Made by a program: the position numbers and the translations under genes. Positions 9,105 through 16,249 of a DNA stretch of 64,000 nucleotides are shown one piece after another. Each line of letters opens with the position of its first letter. The first letter of the stretch is position 1. The DNA lies in contig JAZRMX010000026.1 of the NCBI GenBank assembly GCA_045647885.1, positions 54,487 through 118,486 of the forward strand, read 5' to 3'. The notes under the pieces were generated by a model. That model did no database searches. It saw only the letters and a list, made by a program, of their open reading frames with translations, and was not told the origin of the DNA. This stretch comes from Bacteroidaceae bacterium. GTDB lineage: Bacteria > Bacteroidota > Bacteroidia > Bacteroidales > Bacteroidaceae.

Positions 9105-9128
9105 ATGCAGGGCTTGGCTGCCCTGCAT
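9105..9128 (+). terminator. hairpin, second copy (loop ttggct)
   Basis: Same stem as 7706..7729. The single difference is in the loop. Confidence 0.45.
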
Positions 9129-9158
9129 ATCACTATAACATTTTAAGAACTTATAACT

Positions 9159-9401
9159 ATGAGTAAAGAGTATTACAAAAAGAGAATTATTGACCTTCGT
9201 GCGTCAATTGAGAGGGAGAGAGAGGCCAAGAAACGTGATAATGATAATTATTCACGTTGGATTAAGAGTGCAACTTCGCCTTCGTCAAAGGCAAGTTACC
9301 GCAAGAGCAAAATTGATGCGGCAGCACGTCACGATAACCAGATTGAGTATCTTAAACGACAGATTGAGAGTGCCAAGGATTCACTGCGTCGCTGCAAGTA
9401 A
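9159..9401 (+). CDS. small charged coiled-coil protein (80 aa), hypothetical
   Basis: Lys/Arg/Glu-rich helical sequence 'RIIDLRASIEREREAKKRDNDN...QIEYLKRQIESAKDSLRR'. An A-rich leader containing 'GAACTTA' precedes it. Confidence 0.55.
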   Translation: MSKEYYKKRIIDLRASIEREREAKKRDNDNYSRWIKSATSPSSKASYRKSKIDAAARHDNQIEYLKRQIESAKDSLRRCK

Positions 9402-9407
9402 TGGTAT

Positions 9408-9719
9408 ATGATATTATTTTTAGCATACATAATAAACCTGTTTGCTCCTACAATAAACCTTATTGGCTTGTTGGGGCTGTGTGGGTGTGTGGTGTATGAG
9501 GATTTTTATGTTCTCGTAATTGCTGCACTGATGTTTGTTGCAGGCTTGTTCTTTGGGCGACTGGCTTATGGGCTCGATATTCCACCGCGTTGGTTTTGGG
9601 CAAAGTCGAAAAATCAACTTTTTTCTTTTACAGTAACAGCAGTGCTGGGTTATGCGTGGAGTATTGCAATGTGGCCTTGTGCCATATATCTTGTATCCAT
9701 AATAATTAAACGTATTTGA
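9408..9719 (+). CDS. small membrane protein (103 aa, 3-4 TM segments), hypothetical
   Basis: Hydrophobic segments throughout. It starts 6 nt after the previous stop. Confidence 0.55.
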   Translation: MILFLAYIINLFAPTINLIGLLGLCGCVVYEDFYVLVIAALMFVAGLFFGRLAYGLDIPPRWFWAKSKNQLFSFTVTAVLGYAWSIAMWPCAIYLVSIIIKRI

Positions 9720-9723
9720 TACT

Positions 9724-9885
9724 ATGAAATTCGGTCTTTCATTCTCGCTCAAGCGTGCCTTGGGTGTTACTGCGGTAAAGCAGAAGATTGCTAAAAAAAC
9801 GGGTATTCCTCTTACAAAGCAGGGCTTGGAACGCAAAATCGGTGGTGCAATATTGGGTGCTATTACCGGTAAAAAGAGAAAATGA
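9724..9885 (+). CDS. small basic protein (53 aa), hypothetical; not in the supplied ORF track
   Basis: Hand translation gives 'MKFGLSFSLKRALGVTAVKQKIAKKTGIPLTKQGLERKIGGAILGAITGKKRK*'. It starts 4 nt after the previous stop. Its short length limits support. Confidence 0.35.
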   Translation: MKFGLSFSLKRALGVTAVKQKIAKKTGIPLTKQGLERKIGGAILGAITGKKRK

Positions 9886-10038
9886 TGAGGTGGTTTAAGT
9901 TATTGCCTTGCTTGGTGATTGCGTCTCTTGCACTTGCTTGCGGCCCAAATGGAGAGCTTGTGGGCGATGCTATTGATGCGGGTAATCTCAAAGAGGCTGA
10001 AAGGCTTTTGAGAGAAATTTAATGAAACAATGCACTAA

Positions 10039-11355
10039 ATGAAGATGAAGTTTCTTGGAATTGTAGCTTTGGCTTGTCTGCTGGTGGTATTTTGCAGCTG
10101 CGGTGGTTCTGTGGGCAATGGTGGCTACGACGATGGCAGCGTGAAACTGTCGGAACGTGAGGCTTATCGTTATGACATGGCCTTGCGTGAGGTTGAGAGC
10201 CTCGAGAAAATGTTTGAAGAGGTTATTGCAGCTCCCACACAGGAGAATATTGCATTATTGCTTGTAAAGGCGAAGGGGGTAAAGTACAGTTATAACGACA
10301 ATGGAATGAATGCTGCAACGCTGGAGCATTGCGATTCTCTGAAGGCCCGTATGGAGGAGTATCAGCAACGCGCCCTCGGGATTGCCGAGTCTTTCCTTAT
10401 CTCTACCGGAGATATAAAGGTTGTAAATATCGAGGATAAGCTCTTTACCGAAAATGCTTATTATCCCATCTATCTAAAGAAGGGGGAGAAACTTTTCTAT
10501 AATATTGAGTCGTCGAAAGTGCTTACTGCAAAACTTTATAATTCCGACACCGAAGAGTTGCTGAAATCCTTCAAGAAGAGTGAGATTACCGACTCGTTCA
10601 CTGTGCGCAACACTGGAATATATCTTATGGAGATTGCGCCGCAGGGAAAGCAGTATGTGAGTGTGGTAATGAGCTACAGGCCTGTGAAAGCAGAGGATAT
10701 ATACAGCCGCCCTACAATATATACCGAGCAGGTGGAGTGCAAGAAGGGTGATATTGGTGCAAAGGGTGTTCCCGGTGTAATTATGCGAAAATGTTTTGAG
10801 GAGCCACGCAAGTTTACCCTCCGTGGCCAGCTTAAAGCTGCATTCTCGGGAAATGCGAAGGCTTTGGTGGCAGTGCCGCTGCCTGCCGGTACAACAGACC
10901 TCCTTTATACAATGCGTATTGCTACAAGTGAGAGCAACCGTTCCGAGGATGGACAGTTCCACGATAACCTGTCGCGTTCTTATTCGCGCGTGAAATTCTT
11001 GGGTCTCCCTCTTTATGAAAAGACATCGAGCAATGGATTGCTCAATACCTTGCTCGACGATAACCGCCCCATACGCGACGAGGATGCTTACTGCAGTATG
11101 TATGTGTTCCGCAAACAGGCTGCGGCTAAGCAGTTCCAGGATGGAACAAAGCCTGTTTCGCAGCTTGCTTATGATGTGGATTATTCAACAGTAGGCACTC
11201 AGTCGTGCAATGGCCGCATCCCTACAAATGGCGCAAAGACCATATATCTTGGTTTCGAGAATGAGCGTGTGCGTTACACCAACTATCTGTGGGTGGAGGT
11301 GGAAGCTGTTGTGCCGAATACAGTGTACTATACCACCAAATATAGCATAAACTAA
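10039..11355 (+). CDS. lipoprotein of unknown function (438 aa)
   Basis: Signal peptide plus lipobox 'LLVVFCSCGG'. A beta-rich middle part ('GEKLFYNIESSKVLTAKLYNSD...GIYLMEIAPQGKQYVSVVMSY') resembles pre-peptidase/PPC-like beta-sandwiches. This is tentative. Confidence 0.7.
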   Translation: MKMKFLGIVALACLLVVFCSCGGSVGNGGYDDGSVKLSEREAYRYDMALREVESLEKMFEEVIAAPTQENIALLLVKAKGVKYSYNDNGMNAATLEHCDSLKARMEEYQQRALGIAESFLISTGDIKVVNIEDKLFTENAYYPIYLKKGEKLFYNIESSKVLTAKLYNSDTEELLKSFKKSEITDSFTVRNTGIYLMEIAPQGKQYVSVVMSYRPVKAEDIYSRPTIYTEQVECKKGDIGAKGVPGVIMRKCFEEPRKFTLRGQLKAAFSGNAKALVAVPLPAGTTDLLYTMRIATSESNRSEDGQFHDNLSRSYSRVKFLGLPLYEKTSSNGLLNTLLDDNRPIRDEDAYCSMYVFRKQAAAKQFQDGTKPVSQLAYDVDYSTVGTQSCNGRIPTNGAKTIYLGFENERVRYTNYLWVEVEAVVPNTVYYTTKYSIN

Positions 11356-11388
11356 AACTTATAAGTATACTTATAACTATCAACTATT

Positions 11389-11901
11389 ATGGCAACTACT
11401 ACGAAGAAGACAACAGTTGCAAAACCTGCTGCCAAGAAGACAACTGCTGCAAAACCTGCTGCAAAGAAAACCACTGAAGCGAAGGCAACTGCAAAACCTG
11501 CTGTTAAAAATAATGAGATTTCCGTAACTGGTAATAAGAAGATTGAGACTCTTTGTAAGGAGTTTAATAGAAAGTTCCCTTATCTAAGATTAGGTATATA
11601 TTATAGCTATGCCCGTCAGCAGGTAGCAAAAGGAGAAACAATAACCCGAATACCTGGTGACAAGACATTGGCTTCTGTTCGCAGAGTCGATTCGGGTGGC
11701 GATATTTCTATCTCCGGCAACAAGAAAGTAAAATCTTTGGAGAAAGAGTTTGATACGGTTTTTGGTCTCTACTGCCAAATATGTTACTCAAAAGTTGAGG
11801 GTGGAAGATATTATACATCGGGCAGTTTTGACGATATGACACTTTCCGGTCTTAACTCTTATGGCGAGAAGAATGGGTTTAAAAAAGGTGAGTGGAAGTA
11901 A
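11389..11901 (+). CDS. histone-H1-like Lys/Ala/Thr-rich tail fused to two copies of the cluster module
   Basis: N-terminus 'KKTTVAKPAAKKTTAAKPAAKKTTEAKATAKPA'. It is followed by 'GNKKIETLCKEFNRKFPYLRLGIY' and 'GNKKVKSLEKEFDTVFGLYCQICY'. Confidence 0.75.
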   Translation: MATTTKKTTVAKPAAKKTTAAKPAAKKTTEAKATAKPAVKNNEISVTGNKKIETLCKEFNRKFPYLRLGIYYSYARQQVAKGETITRIPGDKTLASVRRVDSGGDISISGNKKVKSLEKEFDTVFGLYCQICYSKVEGGRYYTSGSFDDMTLSGLNSYGEKNGFKKGEWK

Positions 11902-12503
11902 TGCGAATCCTATTGACAGGCTTTGAGCCGTTTGGAAAATACAATGAGAATTCGTCGTGGGTGGTTGCCGAAAAGGTAGCTACCCAGGACTTTTTTGGGA
12001 TGGATGTGGTTCTTAAGCAGATGCCGGTGAGCTTTGCCGGCGTAGCTAAGGCGTTGCGCGATGCGGTAGATGAGTGCAACCCCGCTGCGGTTGTAATGCT
12101 TGGACAGGCTGCCAGTATAGATTATATTAAGCTGGAACGCATTGCAATAAATATGATGGATGCTGCGGCTGCCGACAATGACGGATACATTGCAGACGAG
12201 GAGCCAATCTCCATTGATGGTGCGGCGGCTCTCTTTACAAACGTGGATGTCAAGGCTCTGTGCAGGGCTGTGGAGGAACAGGGGATTCCCGCAAAGGTGT
12301 CCAACAGTGCCGGGCTCTATGTGTGCAACCGTATTTATTACGAGGCATTGCAACTTTGTGGTGAGAGACCGGGAATGAAGGTGCTGTTCGTTCACTTGCC
12401 GTTCTATACAGGACAGCTACCGGTAACAGAGGGGAAACCATCAATGCTACTCGATACAATAATAAAGGCTGTGGAATTTGTAATAAATGAAATAAGTAAA
12501 TGA
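11901..12503 (+). CDS. pcp: pyroglutamyl-peptidase I (pyrrolidone-carboxylate peptidase)
   Basis: 'MRILLTGFEPFG' N-terminus, 'SNSAGLYVCN' (catalytic Cys region) and 'FVHLP' (His region). ATG 11901 overlaps the preceding TAA (TAATG). Confidence 0.85.
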   Translation: MRILLTGFEPFGKYNENSSWVVAEKVATQDFFGMDVVLKQMPVSFAGVAKALRDAVDECNPAAVVMLGQAASIDYIKLERIAINMMDAAAADNDGYIADEEPISIDGAAALFTNVDVKALCRAVEEQGIPAKVSNSAGLYVCNRIYYEALQLCGERPGMKVLFVHLPFYTGQLPVTEGKPSMLLDTIIKAVEFVINEISK

Positions 12504-14197
12504 CACGAGTAGAAAAAATCAAGAAACAGCTTGCGCGCGTCTTTGACAACGACTTGCGTACCAAGCAATGGGAAAATATTCCCGACTATGTGATTATAGC
12601 TCTTATAGTAATAAGTACTCTTTCGGTATTCCTGGCAACGTTCAATGTGGGGCCTCTTTGTGAGAAGGTGCTCTCTGTGATAGACATTGTTACGGTAATA
12701 GCATTTACCATTGAGGTTACATTGCGTATTTGGGCTGCCGACCTGATTGACGAAAAGTACAAGGGCTTTTGGGGCAGGGTGCGTTACTGCTTCACCTTCT
12801 ATGGAATGGTCGATATTCTTTCGACATATACTTTTTATGTGGCAATGTTCTTCCCATTGCCTTATTCGGCGCTGAAGACTTTGCGTGTGTTGCGTCTTTT
12901 ACGTGTGTTCCGCTATATGCACTCGTTCCGCCTGTTGCAGACTGCCATTACTTCAAAGGCCCAGGAGATGTGGGTGTCGCTGCAGTTCCTTGTTATTGTT
13001 ACATTGATGCTCTCCTTTGTGCTGTTCTTCTATGAACACGCGGCACAGCCCGATGTGTATGACAATGGTTTCAAGTCTGTTGTGTGGGCTTTTGCCCAAT
13101 ATGTGGGAGACCCCGGCGGCTTTGCCGATACACCGCCCGTTACTTTCCCCGGTAGGCTAATTGCGTGTATTATTGGTTTGCTTGGAATTGCTCTTTTTGC
13201 CGTTCCTGCCGGTCTTATTGGTGCCGGTTTTTCCGAGGCTATGGAGGATGAGCAGAAGAGAAATACAATCTTGAAAAATACCAAAAAACTTAACCTGGCC
13301 TTTGAACGCAAACTCGACCGCCCGACCGGTTATCAGGTGGTGCCTCCTTATTTGTCAATCATAGAGATACAGGCTCGAATGGGTATGACGGTGAATGAAA
13401 TTTTGGATGCTGTTGAGGATTCCTGTAATTTCCGTTTGATAAACGTTGCTGCAACACAGACCATAGACGAGCATCCACAGGACAAGCTTGCAGTGGAACA
13501 TTTTCCAAATAACAGGCCTTATGGTTATTGCATTGACCGCGGTTCAAAGGTGACTATAATATCTCCCTCGAGTCTTGTGGATCCTTGTGTGGGCAACTTC
13601 TTCTATTATCTGGCGTTGATTGGTGGATTTAACTACATAAGCCGTGAAATTGGTGTGTTGCGTCCTTACAAATCATACTATACGTTTGCCGACCGTTATA
13701 ACCACGAGGAGAACCTGCCGTTGTATATGGAGGACTTGGAGCGTCTTACCTCGCGCGAGGGTAGCTGGACAATTACCTCACTTATTTCAAGTGGTGCCAA
13801 TGAACCTGAATATCCTACAAAATTCCACTTTGCTATTGGTGGCAAAAAGGGTGACGAGAGTTTCGAAGGTGAAAATCTTGTTGTAGAGGATATTGCTGCT
13901 TATCGTTCTTTCTACGATGATATTACTGCGGAATTGAAGGAGGAGTATGGTATGGAGTCGGACCACCAGAGGTATCACAACACAGCAGTGGAAAACCTTT
14001 ATGTCCGTAAATTTGAGGAGGGTAAGGGCTGCCGCAATAATATAATTGTGCGCTTTGCCTGGAGTGCTACTTTGTGGGATTCACGACGCATTGCCATTGC
14101 CAAGACTTTTGCCGATGTCATTAACCGCCATTTTGAGGCTGATGTCGAAAAAGAGTACGCACCCGAATTGAAGGAGAAAAAACACGGTTATCTGTAA
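12500..14197 (+). CDS. voltage-gated-type ion transport protein with a large C-terminal cytoplasmic domain
   Basis: S4-like 'TLRVLRLLRVFRYMHSFRLL'. Pore-region-like 'WAFAQYVGDPGGFAD' followed by a final TM segment. ATGA overlap with the pcp stop. Confidence 0.75.
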   Translation: MTRVEKIKKQLARVFDNDLRTKQWENIPDYVIIALIVISTLSVFLATFNVGPLCEKVLSVIDIVTVIAFTIEVTLRIWAADLIDEKYKGFWGRVRYCFTFYGMVDILSTYTFYVAMFFPLPYSALKTLRVLRLLRVFRYMHSFRLLQTAITSKAQEMWVSLQFLVIVTLMLSFVLFFYEHAAQPDVYDNGFKSVVWAFAQYVGDPGGFADTPPVTFPGRLIACIIGLLGIALFAVPAGLIGAGFSEAMEDEQKRNTILKNTKKLNLAFERKLDRPTGYQVVPPYLSIIEIQARMGMTVNEILDAVEDSCNFRLINVAATQTIDEHPQDKLAVEHFPNNRPYGYCIDRGSKVTIISPSSLVDPCVGNFFYYLALIGGFNYISREIGVLRPYKSYYTFADRYNHEENLPLYMEDLERLTSREGSWTITSLISSGANEPEYPTKFHFAIGGKKGDESFEGENLVVEDIAAYRSFYDDITAELKEEYGMESDHQRYHNTAVENLYVRKFEEGKGCRNNIIVRFAWSATLWDSRRIAIAKTFADVINRHFEADVEKEYAPELKEKKHGYL

Positions 14198-14265
14198 ATA
14201 TTTTTATTGTACGAGGGTTGATATTTTATTAGGCAAAATGTTTAGTCCTTACATTCGAAAATCTT

Positions 14266-15168
14266 ATGATATTTTTAGATAGTTTCAGTTTTCCTACTTT
14301 TGAAGAAGAAGATAATTTCTTGGCTGCCTATTATCGTGAAAATCCGTATAGTATGAAGTCTGTATATCCTTTTAAGACTCTTTCTATAAGAGGGTTGCAT
14401 TCTTTGGATTTTGACGAGATAACATTGCTTTATGGCGGAAATGGTTCTGGCAAGTCAACGGCTTTAAATGCGATTGCTAATAAGTTGGAGGTGGCCCGTA
14501 GCTCGGCATATAACAAAGGGGATTTCTATAGTGAGTATATGGATATGTGCGACTATGAGATTGGGGACTTTGATGAATATGTCTTGAATTTGAAAGATTG
14601 CGCAACGCTGATAACCAGTGACGATATTTTTAAATATATGCTTGATATTCGTCAGAGGAATGGGCGGGTGAGAGTGCATCGTGATGATACAATACAAAAC
14701 TGGATGAATGAACGCACTTCTCGCATAACCCATATAAATTTTGAGACTGGAGAAGGGGTAGATGAACTAAGGCGTTACCAGAGAGCTAAACGCCAGTCGT
14801 GTCAACAGTATGTTCGTGAGAATTTAGGAGAAGTAGTACCCTCATATTCAAATGGCGAAACTGGATTTATGAAGTTTATAGATAACATTGTACCTGATAG
14901 GTTGTATATTCTTGACGAGCCTGAAAATAGTTTGTCGTGTGAGTTGCAAATGAAACTTGCGCAGTATATTAAAGAATCGGCTCGTTTTTTTGGCTGTCAA
15001 TTTATTATTGCAACGCATTCTCCTTTTTTATTGGCAATAGAAGGTGCTAAAATATATAATTTGGATGCAGAACCTGCTACTGTTTCTAAATTTTGGGAGT
15101 TGCCTAATATGAAGCTATATTATGAACTTTTTAAAAATTATGAAAAAAGGTTTATTGGCAATAGTTGA
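14266..15168 (+). CDS. AAA/ABC-type ATPase (AAA_21-like), stand-alone
   Basis: Walker A 'GGNGSGKST', Walker B-like 'LYILDEPENSLS' and 'ATHSPFLL'. Visibly AT-rich; spot counts give about 33-38% GC. Confidence 0.8.
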   Translation: MIFLDSFSFPTFEEEDNFLAAYYRENPYSMKSVYPFKTLSIRGLHSLDFDEITLLYGGNGSGKSTALNAIANKLEVARSSAYNKGDFYSEYMDMCDYEIGDFDEYVLNLKDCATLITSDDIFKYMLDIRQRNGRVRVHRDDTIQNWMNERTSRITHINFETGEGVDELRRYQRAKRQSCQQYVRENLGEVVPSYSNGETGFMKFIDNIVPDRLYILDEPENSLSCELQMKLAQYIKESARFFGCQFIIATHSPFLLAIEGAKIYNLDAEPATVSKFWELPNMKLYYELFKNYEKRFIGNS

Positions 15169-15183
15169 TATGCTGTTATAAGT

Positions 15184-15220
15184 TAAGCGCTCACTTCTAA
15201 ATTTAGGAGTGAGCGCTTTT
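15184..15220. terminator. bidirectional hairpin terminator between convergent genes
   Basis: AAGCGCTCACT-(12 nt)-AGTGAGCGCTT followed by TTT. Confidence 0.7.
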
Positions 15221-15256
15221 TACTTTTATTGGTGATGTTGTCCAATAAATGTCTTA

Positions 15257-16006
15257 TCATTTATTCCAAATCTCCCACGAGGCAAGGGCTTGAAGGTACC
15301 ACATTTCGTAGCCGCTCTTAGTGGTGGCGCCTTGAGCCGCGCCTTTTTGCAGGAATAGGGTGTTCTCGGGGTTGTAGACAATGTCGTAGAGCAGGTGATT
15401 CTCGCTCAACTGCTCATATGGTATTTCGGGGCAGAGGTCTACTCCGTGACCGACCATTCCAAGCGGTGTGCAGTTTATTATGAGTGTGTGGCTTTGCATA
15501 ATCTCTGCGGTGAGCTGTTCGTAGGCTATGGCGTTGTCGCTCGCCTTGCGCGATACAAAAATGTACTCAATGCCAAGCTGCGTGAGCGAGTAGGCTACGG
15601 CTTTAGATACACCGCCGGTACCCAGTATAAGGGCTTTTGTGTGCTTGCCTTTAACAAGCGGTTCGAGCGAGCGTGTGAAGCCTATCACATCGCTGTTGTG
15701 CCCGTAGAGGTGCGGTGTGCCGTCGGCATCGCGCTCAATCTTTACCACGTTTACAGCCTGTATGCCCTCGGCTGCGGGGCTCAAGCCTTCGAGGTAATCC
15801 ATTACCTGTAATTTATAAGGTATGGTTACGTTAAAGCCTTGCAGAGTGGGGTGGGCTTTGAGAATTTCGGGCAGTTGCTCTATGCTTTCAATTTCAAAAG
15901 GTATATACTCGGCGTTGATGCCTTCGTTCTCGAATTTCTTATTGAAAAACGCCGGCGAAGCCGATTGTCCCAAGGGGAAACCTATTATTCCGTACTCTTT
16001 TTTCAT
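15257..16006 (-). CDS. aroE: shikimate 5-dehydrogenase
   Basis: 'GIIGFPLGQSASPAFFN' substrate-binding N-terminus and 'LILGTGGVSKAV' Rossmann motif; 249 aa. Confidence 0.85.
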   Translation of the reverse strand: MKKEYGIIGFPLGQSASPAFFNKKFENEGINAEYIPFEIESIEQLPEILKAHPTLQGFNVTIPYKLQVMDYLEGLSPAAEGIQAVNVVKIERDADGTPHLYGHNSDVIGFTRSLEPLVKGKHTKALILGTGGVSKAVAYSLTQLGIEYIFVSRKASDNAIAYEQLTAEIMQSHTLIINCTPLGMVGHGVDLCPEIPYEQLSENHLLYDIVYNPENTLFLQKGAAQGATTKSGYEMWYLQALASWEIWNK

Positions 16007-16065
16007 TTTGGGTAGTAAATTTTAAAGTAACAATATAGCAGTTGCCTCAGGATTTCTTTGTTAAT

Positions 16066-16139
16066 GTCATCCCGACAGAGCGTAGCGACGAGGGATCTCT
16101 AAAACAATATTGAGATTTCTCACATACGTTCGAAATGAC
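16066..16139. repeat. REP-like imperfect palindromic intergenic element
   Basis: 'GTCATCCCGACAGAGCGTAGCGACGAGGGATCTC ... GAGATTTCTCACATACGTTCGAAATGAC'. The arms resemble the widespread 'CGAAATGAC / GAGATTTCTC' intergenic repeat seen in many bacterial genomes. This is from memory. Confidence 0.5.
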
Positions 16140-16180
16140 ACAAACACCGGGTTATCGCAATTTGGGTCAATATCTATATT

Positions 16181-16234
16181 ATCACCAATTTTAAAGGTTG
16201 TGCCGAATCCGGCACAACCTTTAAAATTGGTGAT
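16181..16234 (-). terminator. perfect 25-bp hairpin downstream of purC
   Basis: ATCACCAATTTTAAAGGTTGTGCCG-aatc-CGGCACAACCTTTAAAATTGGTGAT lies 16 nt after the purC stop on the minus strand. Confidence 0.7.
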
Positions 16235-16249
16235 TAACAGTGTTGCTTT

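Larger units (their letters stand above)
8744..9135 (+). repeat. 392-bp direct repeat, copy 2
   Basis: See copy 1 (7345..7736). Confidence 0.95.

Noticed and set aside
9882-9974. Lipoprotein-like mini-ORF 'MMRWFKLLPCLVIASLALACGPNGELGGRCY'
   Set aside because: On careful codon counting it stops after 30 aa. An earlier reading that extended it to 10022 was a miscount. It is too short to support.
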